64,000 nt of DNA, taken from contig CAWCPV010000014.1 of the NCBI GenBank assembly GCA_963797555.1, positions 32,001-96,000 on the forward strand. Reading direction: 5' to 3'. The DNA is from an uncultured Gammaproteobacteria bacterium. Lineage in GTDB: Bacteria; Pseudomonadota; Gammaproteobacteria; CAWCPV01. Positions within the stretch are counted from its first letter, which is position 1, and each line of letters begins with the position of its first letter. The notes under the pieces were generated by a model, which searched no databases, was not told where the DNA came from, and saw only the letters and a list, made by a program, of their open reading frames with translations. The translations under genes were made by a program, and so were the position numbers. Below are positions 22,380 to 30,545 of the stretch, in pieces.

Positions 22380-22627
22380 CCGTTTCACAAGAAATAAACA
22401 ATTTAGATCAAGCTAGGGAAACTCTGAACAAGTGGCTGCCGTGACAGTTCATCGGCGATAATGGAGCGACTGTTGCAGCGTCGTGAGAACGATGAAAGCG
22501 ATGAAGCCACTGAACCTGGCCGAGACCTGCGGGTCACGTCCATCCCGTTCCACCACGGGCGTAACACCTCTCGATTGGGCTTGCCGGTCGGATTGGGCTG
22601 GGCCAGCCAGGACCGAGCTACCCGGAG

Positions 22628-22900
22628 GTGCTTCCCGGCTACCCGGACCGGCTGCTGCCGAAGAGCGCAGAGGCTGCGGAGAAGATCAAGAAGCGGACCC
22701 TGACGAACCTGTACAACGAACGGCCCGAGTGGCTTCGCAACGCACATCGGGCGCTAGACGAGGCTGTGGCCGCGGCGTATGACTGCGATGCAGAGCTGTC
22801 GGATAACGAGGTGCTGAAGCGGCTCTTGGACCTGAACCTGGAGCGGTCGGGCCGACAGGTTTCGGTTACCCGCCTCGATACTGTTCCCGTCGAGGAGTGA
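22628..22900 (+). pseudogene. C-terminal fragment of an MmeI/YeeA-like DNA methyltransferase
   Basis: GYPDRLLPK...KKRTLTNLYNERPEWLRNAHRALDEAVAAAY...LLDLNLER resembles the tail of this family. Confidence 0.75.
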
Positions 22901-23007
22901 GAGGGTCCAAGACTTTGCCGCAGTTGGCCTGCAGAACGACCGCTGAGCCGCGGCGGGCATTCGACTATCATGGCGCAACGGTTTGACCGTGGCCCGTTAG
23001 CTTCCAA

Positions 23008-23035
23008 GCGGTTCCCTTCGTTCCCCGCATCCTAC
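23008..23035 (-). repeat. GTAG-family REP
   Basis: Reverse complement GTAGGATGCGGGGAACGAAGGGAACCGC is nearly identical to 23601-23631. Confidence 0.8.
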
Positions 23036-23042
23036 GCGGGCT

Positions 23043-23329
23043 TCACCTACGGGCAGCCCAGTAGTCAGGCTTACGCCGGTGATGGGCAAGTGCGATAACA
23101 CGGAGCTCTTCGCCCCTGAATGTAGTAGATGATGCTGTACGGAAACCGGCGTAGCGGGAAGCGGCGTGTGTCTCTGTGCCAAGGCACGCCAAGCTCGGGA
23201 TGTGTTCAAACAAGACCGAGAGCACGCTCGAATTCGGCGATGAAAGCAAGCCCGAGATCGGCGTTGGCCTCCCTGGCGTAGTAGACAGCTCCGTCGGTTA
23301 GCTCCCGCTCGGCCTCCCGACGCGATCAT
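23043..23329 (-). pseudogene. RelE/ParE-family toxin, frameshifted
   Basis: Pieces EAERELTDGAVYY, RRFPLRRFPYSIIY and LRVIALAHHRRKPDYW lie in different frames; ATG overlaps the antitoxin stop. Confidence 0.75.
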
Positions 23330-23550
23330 TTAATCGCGGCACGCGCGCGGGCGATAGCATCGGCGGCGGGAGCGAGCTGAACCCTGCCGCTCTCGATCTC
23401 TTCAATGCGCCGCTCGACCTCCGCTGCCCAGGCTTCCTCGACCTCGTGATCCTCGAAGAGGCTGGCAAGCAACCGGTCCGCGAGCTGTACCCGCTCTTCC
23501 GCGGTGAGTTTAAGCGCTTGAGCTTCGACGATTTCGAATTGGCTTGACAT
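23326..23550 (-). CDS. Putative addiction-module antitoxin (TIGR02574-like)
   Basis: ALKLTAEERVQLADRLLASL...AWAAEVERRIEEIESG. Confidence 0.85.
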   Translation of the reverse strand: MSSQFEIVEAQALKLTAEERVQLADRLLASLFEDHEVEEAWAAEVERRIEEIESGRVQLAPAADAIARARAAIK

Positions 23551-23600
23551 AGGCAACCCCAAACTGTCACTCACCTGCCTATTATACTTGCACCGAGCGC

Positions 23601-23631
23601 GTAGGATGCGGTGAACGAAGGGAACCGCATC
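23601..23631 (+). repeat. GTAG-family REP
   Basis: GTAG plus hairpin GATGCGGT...ACCGCATC, directly downstream of the RAYT remnant. Confidence 0.82.
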
Positions 23632-23638
23632 GCTCGCG

Positions 23639-23806
23639 TTACTCCCCTGCCGCAATACTTGGGACGCCCTCGCCACCCCAATCCTCCGAATAGACTCCTC
23701 GTCGCTTGAACGCATGAAAACTGGAATGAGGCCAGTCGGCTACCCGCCGAACCCATCCGTGTTTTACCGGGTTCCAATGGACATAGTCCACGTGCCGGTT
23801 GAAGCT
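23639..23806 (-). pseudogene. 3' remnant of a REP-associated tyrosine transposase (RAYT/TnpA-REP)
   Basis: FNRHVDYVHWNPVKHGWVRRVADWPHSSFH..VYSEDWGG, a RAYT-type C-terminus with the catalytic Tyr; HUH part missing. Confidence 0.85.
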
Positions 23807-23832
23807 CGTGCGCCCTCTAAGGGTCTCGAGAT

Positions 23833-24110
23833 CTCCGACTTCGAAGCTCCGAGTTCCGGCGTCAAGGCTCTGAACTCCGCTGTCGAAGCTCGGATCTCCG
23901 ACGTTGCCCCTTCGACCGACAATTGTGTTGCTCAGAGCTCCGACGTTGCCGCTCCGAGGAGCAAATTGCTGCTCCGAACTCCGAACACCAATTTTCCTGC
24001 TCCGCACCCCGACAGTCCCGCTCGGAGCATCAATTTTTTGGAATCCCGATCTCCGATGTTGCTACTCCGAGCACCAATTTTGCCTCTGCGAGCTCCTGCT
24101 GCTCGCGGAT
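23833..24110. repeat. Degenerate 7-nt period tandem array
   Basis: CTCCGAC TTCGAAG CTCCGAG TTCCGGC GTCAAGG CTCTGAA CTCCGCT GTCGAAG CTCGGAT CTCCGAC...; a shorter version lies at 26357-26490. Confidence 0.7.
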
Positions 24111-24172
24111 GGAAAATGGGCCGTCCGGAAAGGAACGGCCCATTAGCGTCAACCCCCTCCCGGGGGAGGTGC

Positions 24173-24361
24173 TCAAGCCGGGGCTTCGCCGCCGCGGGCG
24201 CGGGGGCGGCCGGGGAAGCGCTCCCGCAGGTCGTTGGCGATGGCTTCGGCCCCCTGCACCCGCGCACGGGCGGCGCCCTTGACCGCCTGATAGTAGGCGA
24301 GGGCGGCGCCGTAGACCTCGCTGCCGGCGGCCAGCATCGAGTCCTCGATACCTGCCAGCAC
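24173..24361 (-). pseudogene. C-terminal part of a small conserved helical hypothetical protein
   Basis: IEDSMLAAGSEVYGAALAYYQAVKGAARARVQGAEAIANDLRERF; N-terminus absent. Confidence 0.55.
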
Positions 24362-24447
24362 AGAATGGACCCTAAAATGGCGTGCTTAAACATTGTGCGT
24401 CAGAACAAGGGTTCCCGAAGGGGAGAGGAACATATAATTCAGCTCCC

Positions 24448-25280
24448 TTAACCGGACTGCGCGACCCACAGATCGGGTGGGAGCCCTTTATCGACTCGAT
24501 CGCTGCGTAGCTGGTCCTTTGTCTGGGCCAGCCGGCCGACCGTCTGCTTGAGCAGCGCCAGGGAGGCTTCCGGGAAGGCCAGAAGAAAGCGCGTAAAGCG
24601 TGGGTAGTCCAGGCTGAGGATGGTGGCTGCATCTTGCGCAACCAGCGTGGCCGTCCGCTTCGCGTCGTCTCGGACCATGCCGAGTTCGCCCACCACGGAG
24701 CCTGGGCCGAGGGAGGCCAACAGGTCACCCCCGGTGCGCGAACAGACCTCGATCGTTCCTTCCGCGACCACGAACACCTCCCTCGCCTCGTCTCCGGCGC
24801 GGCACAGCACCTCACCGCCCTGCAGTGACCGTTTGTCGAACATCTTCGCCAACAGGCGCAGGTCCGATTCCTCCAGCGAGCCGAACACCGCGCTGGTCTC
24901 CAGCACCCGTACACGGCTCTCGGTCTCCGTGGGATCGGCCGTGTGAACCCGCAGGTTGAAGAAGCGTGCGGCCCGCAGCATCGCCTCGCGCCAGCGGCGG
25001 TCCTCGGTGATGGGGTGCGGCGGCAGGATGCTGGGGTCACCGGCTACGCGCGCCGCCTCGCGCAGGCCCGAGACGTAGGCTCCATGCACGCACGCCCAGT
25101 GGTGGCGGTTAGTTGCCTCCCCGGCGAAAAACAAGTTGCCTGCGACCGGTTCGGCGAGGCGTTCCAGATCCCCAGGTGTGGCTCCGACCCGGATATACGA
25201 GTACGCGCCGAGCGCAAACGGGTCGAGGGTCCACGAGGTACGCAGCATCCTGGTCGGGACGGGGATGCTCGAGCCGAACG
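24448..25280 (-). pseudogene. 5'-truncated duplicate of the amine oxidase-cNMP gene
   Basis: Translation nearly identical to the C-terminal ~265 aa of ORF 26882-28750; no Rossmann N-terminus. Confidence 0.88.
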
Positions 25281-25305
25281 AGAGATTAAAGGGGCCAGGA
25301 TCGAA

Positions 25306-25377
25306 TTATTTTGCACGGTGCCACACAGTCGTGCCGTCCGGACGGTCCTCGAGCACAATGCCTTGAGATTTCAGCCC
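25306..25377 (-). pseudogene. 3'-terminal fragment resembling the cysteinyl-tRNA synthetase C-terminus
   Basis: LKSQGIVLEDRPDGTTVWHRAK* matches the CysS tail pattern GIxLEDxxxGTxW. Confidence 0.6.
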
Positions 25378-25425
25378 GTAGGATGACGCCATGCGGCGGA
25401 TCGCCCTCGCGGGCATCCGCCCTAC
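25378..25425. repeat. GTAG REP doublet (one partial and one complete unit)
   Basis: GTAGGATG...GGCGGATCGCCCTCGCGGGCATCCGCCCTAC. Confidence 0.7.
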
Positions 25426-25529
25426 GCGCACTCGAATATTTCTGCGCCAGTTTCCGCTTTCAGCTCCTCCGCATGATGCGTCTTGCCAAAACCAGCCAAG
25501 CCGAGAAAAAGCGTAACCTTCGCCACCAT
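25422..25529 (-). pseudogene. N-terminal stub of a P-loop kinase/ATPase, cut at the REP
   Basis: MVAKVTLFLGLAGFGKTHHAEELKAETGAEIFECA*; GAGG RBS; the stop codon is the TAG of the REP GTAG. Confidence 0.55.
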
Positions 25530-25539
25530 GAACCTCGCT

Positions 25540-25634
25540 TTCCAACCGCCTAAGCCAGCATGAGGGGAGACCACTGCGACAGCGGTGGGGCGTCCCAGCG
25601 AACGAAGCGACCGAGTTGAGGCTGTTGTTACGCA
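25540..25634 (-). other. Degenerate integron attC-like site
   Basis: The hicA stop lies in GCGTAAC, followed by AACAGCCTCAACTCGGTCGCTTCGTTCGCTGGGACG (attC left-half pattern); right half degenerate. Confidence 0.45.
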
Positions 25635-25813
25635 TCGTCATGACTGAGCATCTTGATGATGTGTTTTGCAAGTGGCTCCTTGGTCTCACGATGCCTCGGT
25701 ACAGGTTGAGACACTTTAGTCCTCGGGTTTTGATACCAATCATGCTTGCCACCATGACGGATAAGAACACAGCCCATACTCTCAAGCTTTTTTATCAGGT
25801 CTATCCGCTTCAC
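25628..25813 (-). CDS. hicA: HicA-family toxin
   Basis: MKRIDLIKKLESMGCVLIRHGGKHDWY...VPRH; AT-rich relative to the window. Confidence 0.88.
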   Translation of the reverse strand: MKRIDLIKKLESMGCVLIRHGGKHDWYQNPRTKVSQPVPRHRETKEPLAKHIIKMLSHDDA

Positions 25814-26001
25814 GCTATGGCAAGCTCTGCCATCTTGCGAACGTTCGGGATAGTGCCACTAGTCAATTCTTTATAGAGATCAACCAGATGTTCTTTCAGT
25901 TCGTCCTCAGTTTCTCCTTGAGTCCAATAATCAGGGAATTCTTCAAGATACCCCAACCAAGTATCGTCATCTTTCCAGTAAACATACTTTTGCTTGATCA
26001 T
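25810..26001 (-). CDS. hicB: HicB-family antitoxin (short, no DNA-binding domain)
   Basis: WLGYLEEFPDYWTQGETEDELKEHL. Confidence 0.85.
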   Translation of the reverse strand: MIKQKYVYWKDDDTWLGYLEEFPDYWTQGETEDELKEHLVDLYKELTSGTIPNVRKMAELAIA

Positions 26002-26328
26002 CGCTAAGAACTCCGCGTATCACCTTCCCGAAATCCAACAGATGCCGATGCGTAACCTCGCAAAAGCAGGGCCTCCCACGGCAGCCTGAAGTCCACTGCG
26101 CGCCAGCGCCCGGAACTCTGCCCATGCGTTCCATATGCCTCCCGGTGGTCTTGTCCGCTTGTCCGTCACCCTCTTGAACCCCGCCCCACGATGGGCCGGC
26201 TTCCCTCATGCAGACCCGCGCCGCAAACTTCACTAAGTCTGCTAGGCGCTAGCTGGACTGTCAAGGGCGCGCCGCGGTCGCCGGAGATCGGAGAGACGAA
26301 ATCCGAGCCGGGCGGTACCCTATCGGAT

Positions 26329-27675
26329 CTCGTGCGCCCTCTAAGGGTCTCGAGATCTCCGACTTCGGATCTCCGAGTTCCGACGGCAAGGCTCTGAACT
26401 CCGATGTCCAATTTTCCCCCTCGGAGCTCCATGATTGCCGTTCCGAGCACCAATTGGCGCTCCGCACCCCTCGATTGCTGCTCGCAGATGGAAAATGGGC
26501 CGTCCGGAAGGGAACGGCCCACGGCGTCGGCACCCTCCGGAAGCGGCGCTCAGGCCGGGGCTGCCCCGCCGCGGGCGCGGGGGCGGCCGGGGAAGCGCTC
26601 GCCCAGGTCGTTGGCGATGGCCTCGGCCCCTGCACCCGCGCCCGGGCGGCGCCCTTGACCGCCTGATAGTAGGCGAGGGCGGCGCCGTAGGCCTCGCTGC
26701 CGGCGGCCAGCATCGAGTCCTCGATACCTGCCAGCACATAACGGACCTTGCAATGGCGTGCTTGAACATTGTGCGTCAGAACGTCAGAACAAGGCTTCCC
26801 GAGGGGGGCGAGGTCATAATTCAGCTCCCTTAACCGGACTGCGCGAGCCACAGATCGGGTGAGAGCCTGGGTGAGAGCCCTTTATCGACTCGGATCGCTG
26901 CGTAGCTGGTCCTTTGTCTGGGCCAGCCGGCCGACCGTCTGCTTGAGCAGCGCCAGGGAGGCTTCCGGGAAGGCCAGAAGAAAGCGCGTAAAGCGTGGGT
27001 AGTCCAGGCTGAGGATGGTGGCTGCATCGTGCGCAACCAGCGTGGCCGTCCGCTTCGCGTCGTCTCGGACCATGCCGAGTTCGCCCACCACGGACCCTGG
27101 GCCAAGGGAGGCCAACAGGTCACCCCCGGTGCGCGAACGGACCTCGATCGTTCCTTCCGCGACCACGAACACCTCCCTCGCCTCGTCTCCGGCGCGGCAC
27201 AGCACCTCGCCGCCCTGCAATGACCGTTTGTCGAACATCTTCGCCAACAGGCGCAGGTCCGATTCCTCCAGCGAGCCGAACACCGCGCTCGTCTCCAGCA
27301 CCCGCACACGGCTCTCGGTCTCCGTGGGATCGGCCGTGTGAGCCCGCAGGTTGAAGAAGCGTGCGGCCCGCAGCATCGCCTCGCGCCAGCGGCGGTCCTC
27401 GGTGATGGGGTGCGGCGGCAGGATGCTGGGGTCACCGGCTACGCGCGCCGCCTCGCGCAGGCCCGAGACATAGGCTCCGTGCACGCACGCCCAGTGGTGG
27501 CGGTTGGTCGCCTCCCCGGCGAAAAACAAGTTGCCTGCGACCGGCTCGGCGAGGCGTTCCAGATCCCCAGGTGTGGCTCCGACCCGGATATACGAGTACG
27601 CGCCGAGCGCAAACGGGTCGAGGGTCCACGAGGTACGCAGCATCCTCGTCGGGACAGGGATGCTCGGGCCGAACG
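26329..27675. repeat. Direct repeat, copy 2
   Basis: Homologous to 23805-25280. Confidence 0.92.
26550..26738 (-). pseudogene. Second copy of the small helical protein C-terminus, frameshifted
   Basis: LAGIEDSMLAAGSEAYGAALAYYQAVKGAARARVQG / AEAIANDLGERF. Confidence 0.5.
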
Positions 27676-28750
27676 GGCCGCGCAGCACTTCCATGGCCCA
27701 ATCCATGGCCTCGTCCTGCGGCCATTGCTCGATGCGCCGGCCCAGCGCCCCGCCGACCGGCAGCACCAGACAGGGGATGCCATGGGTGGGCCACAGGTTC
27801 ACCGCCAGGGTGGGAAAGCGCTCGGCCGCGCCGCGGATACAGCCGAGGGTGTAGGGCTCCGCAGGCCAGAACGGTTTCTCGAAGAACAACGCCAGCTTGG
27901 CCAGACAGCCCACTCCCAGGCGATCGATGGCGGCGAGTTTCTCCTGAGGCAGGGGCGGATCGAACTCCACCGTCTTCGCCTGCAGCACTCCGAGGGGCAG
28001 GGTGATGATCGCGGCGTCGCCGGTGAACTCGCCCTGACTGGTGGAGACCCGCACGCCCGGTCCGTCGTATCGAATTCTCTCGACCCTGCAGTTCAACCGG
28101 ATAGTCAAGCCTTCGGCCAGCTTGGTCGTCAGCGACTGAAAACCGAGGGGAAACGTGCTGTCGCCGTACTCGTAGACCTGGTAGCCATCGTCCCACCACA
28201 GCGCCGACACCGAGTCTGCGTCCCCGGCGCAGTCGTCGCGGGCGAACAGCTCCATGTGCCACAGCACGTCCTTCAGCTCATGTCGCGCGGCACTGGGATC
28301 TTCCCGGAAGATGCGGGTGAACGCCTCTCGGACCGAGGTGTCCCGCAACTCGCCCCGTGCTCGGGCGGCCCGCCACTCCTCGTAGATCTCGCGGATCTCG
28401 TCGGCGGCGATGATGCTTTGCAGCTTTTCCTGCGCGGAGAGGACGCCCCCTTCGGGGTGCAGCAGCACGGTATCCTCCCAGCCGCCGACATAGGTGCTGT
28501 CCCCGCCGGTGTAGATGATCGGGATCCCCAGTCGCCGGACCAGGCGGGTGATGGGATTGCCTTCGGTGCTATGGATCCACTGCGCCCCGAGATCCAGCCG
28601 CTCGACCGTCCAGATGCGTCCGCCGGTCCGCTCCCTGGCCTCGAGGATCTCCACGCAGTAGCCGCGGTCGTGGAGCGCCCGTGCCGCTGCCAGCCCGGAG
28701 ATCCCAGCCCCCACGACGAGGATCCTGCCGTGATCGCCTATGCCGCCCAT
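26882..28750 (-). CDS. Flavin-dependent amine oxidase (MAO/PAO family) with C-terminal cyclic-nucleotide-binding domain
   Basis: VVGAGISGLAAA, EARERTGGRI, DLGAQWIH, GAYSY, FFAGEAT..VHGAYVSGLREA; then LCRAGDEAREVFVVAEGTIEV...GSVVGELGMV...RTATLVA. Confidence 0.9.
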   Translation of the reverse strand: MGGIGDHGRILVVGAGISGLAAARALHDRGYCVEILEARERTGGRIWTVERLDLGAQWIHSTEGNPITRLVRRLGIPIIYTGGDSTYVGGWEDTVLLHPEGGVLSAQEKLQSIIAADEIREIYEEWRAARARGELRDTSVREAFTRIFREDPSAARHELKDVLWHMELFARDDCAGDADSVSALWWDDGYQVYEYGDSTFPLGFQSLTTKLAEGLTIRLNCRVERIRYDGPGVRVSTSQGEFTGDAAIITLPLGVLQAKTVEFDPPLPQEKLAAIDRLGVGCLAKLALFFEKPFWPAEPYTLGCIRGAAERFPTLAVNLWPTHGIPCLVLPVGGALGRRIEQWPQDEAMDWAMEVLRGPFGPSIPVPTRMLRTSWTLDPFALGAYSYIRVGATPGDLERLAEPVAGNLFFAGEATNRHHWACVHGAYVSGLREAARVAGDPSILPPHPITEDRRWREAMLRAARFFNLRAHTADPTETESRVRVLETSAVFGSLEESDLRLLAKMFDKRSLQGGEVLCRAGDEAREVFVVAEGTIEVRSRTGGDLLASLGPGSVVGELGMVRDDAKRTATLVAHDAATILSLDYPRFTRFLLAFPEASLALLKQTVGRLAQTKDQLRSDPSR

Positions 28751-28772
28751 GCCACGGGTTCTCCCTGTCCTG

Positions 28773-29261
28773 CTACTGGACCGGCTCTGCGGCCTTCTGC
28801 CGAAACCACTTCTTGCGCAGCTCGTAAAAAGCGATGGCCGGGACGTAGAAGGTCACATCGGCGATCAGCTTGCCGACCACTACCCCCAACCCTGCCCCGA
28901 GATAGTGAGTGCAGAGCCCGAAGGCCAAAGGCCGCAGCAGGACGCTGTCCAGGATCTCCGCCAGACCGAACTCGACGAACAGGTTGCGGAAGGTTGCGAG
29001 CACCCCCCGCCAGCGGTAAGGCTGGCCGGTCCGTCGCGCCGTGAGGGCATCGCCGTGCAACTCCCGGGTCACGATCACGCCGTAATAGCCGACGTTCTCG
29101 CCGAGAGCCCCGCCGTAGGAGGCGGCCACCAGGCTGGAGGTCGCCGCGTGGGTGAGGAGGTAGCCCGCGTATGCCGTCGTGATGCCGGCGGCTTCCGGCA
29201 GACCATAGCGCTTGAGCCACTCGAGAAGCTTACCGTGCCACTTGGAACTGCCCTCCACCAT
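28773..29261 (-). CDS. Conserved hypothetical membrane protein
   Basis: WLKRYGLPE...GENVGYYG...VEFGLAEILDSVLLRP...GKLIADVTFY; several hydrophobic segments; 22 bp upstream of the oxidase. Confidence 0.7.
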   Translation of the reverse strand: MVEGSSKWHGKLLEWLKRYGLPEAAGITTAYAGYLLTHAATSSLVAASYGGALGENVGYYGVIVTRELHGDALTARRTGQPYRWRGVLATFRNLFVEFGLAEILDSVLLRPLAFGLCTHYLGAGLGVVVGKLIADVTFYVPAIAFYELRKKWFRQKAAEPVQ

Positions 29262-29646
29262 ACTGTCGCCCCGGCGGACGGTCGTTGTAAGAGTCCCGCG
29301 CGGCTGGACCGTCCGGGGTCCGCGCGCGCCGTCACACGTGTGCTCCCGGCGCCGGCGCTGCCTCGCCGGGCTTGTCCGAGATGGCGAACAGGATACTCCA
29401 ACCATCGGTCCGTTGGGGCCCGGAGCCGCCTCCGCTACGCTGGTCTTTCGCAGTTGCTTCACGGAGCTACGAGTTTGAGCAAGCCACATTTTCGCCGAGG
29501 GGCCTCGGCCGGGTGCCGTCGGACTTCTGCGCCCAAGTGCGGTTCAGAGGTCGCGGCACGTACCGTGGATAGCGAGACCGCAGGCCGGATCTCCCCGGAG
29601 TGGGGAGGACACGCCGCGCGATCGAAGGGGCGCCGAGACGAGTGCG

Positions 29647-30504
29647 CTAGCACAGGTGGCTGAAGCGCTGTGGGGTGATTCCCAATCCGTCCAGGGCAGC
29701 CTGGACGCGCGGGCTGGTCAGGGCGTGCAGCTCCGGGTCGTCGACGGGTGCGCACCCGCCTGGCGCAGTGTTGGGATACTCCGCTGCTCCCGGGTGGAAA
29801 TAGATTTCGCTGACCCCATCGGGCAGGCACCGCAGGATGCGCAGCACGGTCTCCTCCGTCATCGCACCGGTGGCGCTGAGGCCGAAGACGAAGTCGTTGC
29901 AGAGCACGCCCGCGCGGCGCAGCCTGCGGCGCAGCAGGGCCATCCAGGGGGCGATGAACAGCGACCAGCCCAGCCTGCGAATCGTGTCGCCGCTGCGCAG
30001 GCAGAGGGCGGCGCCCAGAGGTTCATGGGGCAGGCGCACGGCGCGCAGCCCATGGGCGCGACCGATGCGCAGGATCATCCCGAGCACGGTCGGATGCAGG
30101 TGCATGTGCTTGTGGGCGTTGACGTGGTCCAGGGGCAGCCCGGTGGCCCGGAAGGCCTCGAATTGGGCCTCGATCTCCGCGGCCAACTGGCGGCGCACCC
30201 GCGGCAGGAAGAAGAAACGCACACCCGCGCGCACCATCCGCCGGCCGAAGTTCCCGTCGGCGTCCACGAGATCGGGAACCGCGTCTCTCGGAAGAAGAGG
30301 GCGGCCGTCCACCAGCACCACGTGCAGCCCGACACCCAGGCCGGGCAGGCGCTTTGCTCTGAGCACCGCGTCCGCAGCCGCTTCCGCGCCGACCATGAGG
30401 CTCGCGCAGCGCAGGATGCCTTGGCTATGGGCCAGCTCTACTGCTTCATTTACTGCCGGCGCAAGTCCAAAGTCGTCGGCGGTGACGATGATGTGGCGTG
30501 TCAA
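29647..30504 (-). CDS. hpnK: Hopanoid biosynthesis-associated deacetylase HpnK (YdjC family)
   Basis: IVTADDFG, GLHVVLVDG, DHVNAHKHMHLHP, EIYFHP; adjacent to hpnI. Confidence 0.9.
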   Translation of the reverse strand: MTRHIIVTADDFGLAPAVNEAVELAHSQGILRCASLMVGAEAAADAVLRAKRLPGLGVGLHVVLVDGRPLLPRDAVPDLVDADGNFGRRMVRAGVRFFFLPRVRRQLAAEIEAQFEAFRATGLPLDHVNAHKHMHLHPTVLGMILRIGRAHGLRAVRLPHEPLGAALCLRSGDTIRRLGWSLFIAPWMALLRRRLRRAGVLCNDFVFGLSATGAMTEETVLRILRCLPDGVSEIYFHPGAAEYPNTAPGGCAPVDDPELHALTSPRVQAALDGLGITPQRFSHLC

Positions 30505-30545
30505 AGCCGCTTCCGTTACCCGAGCCCGGTCCGTACTGGGATTGA

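Larger units (their letters stand above)
23805..25280. repeat. Direct repeat, copy 1 (second copy 26329-27675)
   Basis: Both copies start CTCGTGCGCCCTCTAAGGGTCTCGAGATCTCCGAC and end ...GGATGCTCGNGCCGAACG; near-identical over the amine-oxidase 3' half. Confidence 0.92.

Noticed and set aside
23833-24110. Possible CRISPR array
   Set aside because: Contiguous degenerate 7-nt period with no constant repeat and unique spacer structure; no cas genes in the window
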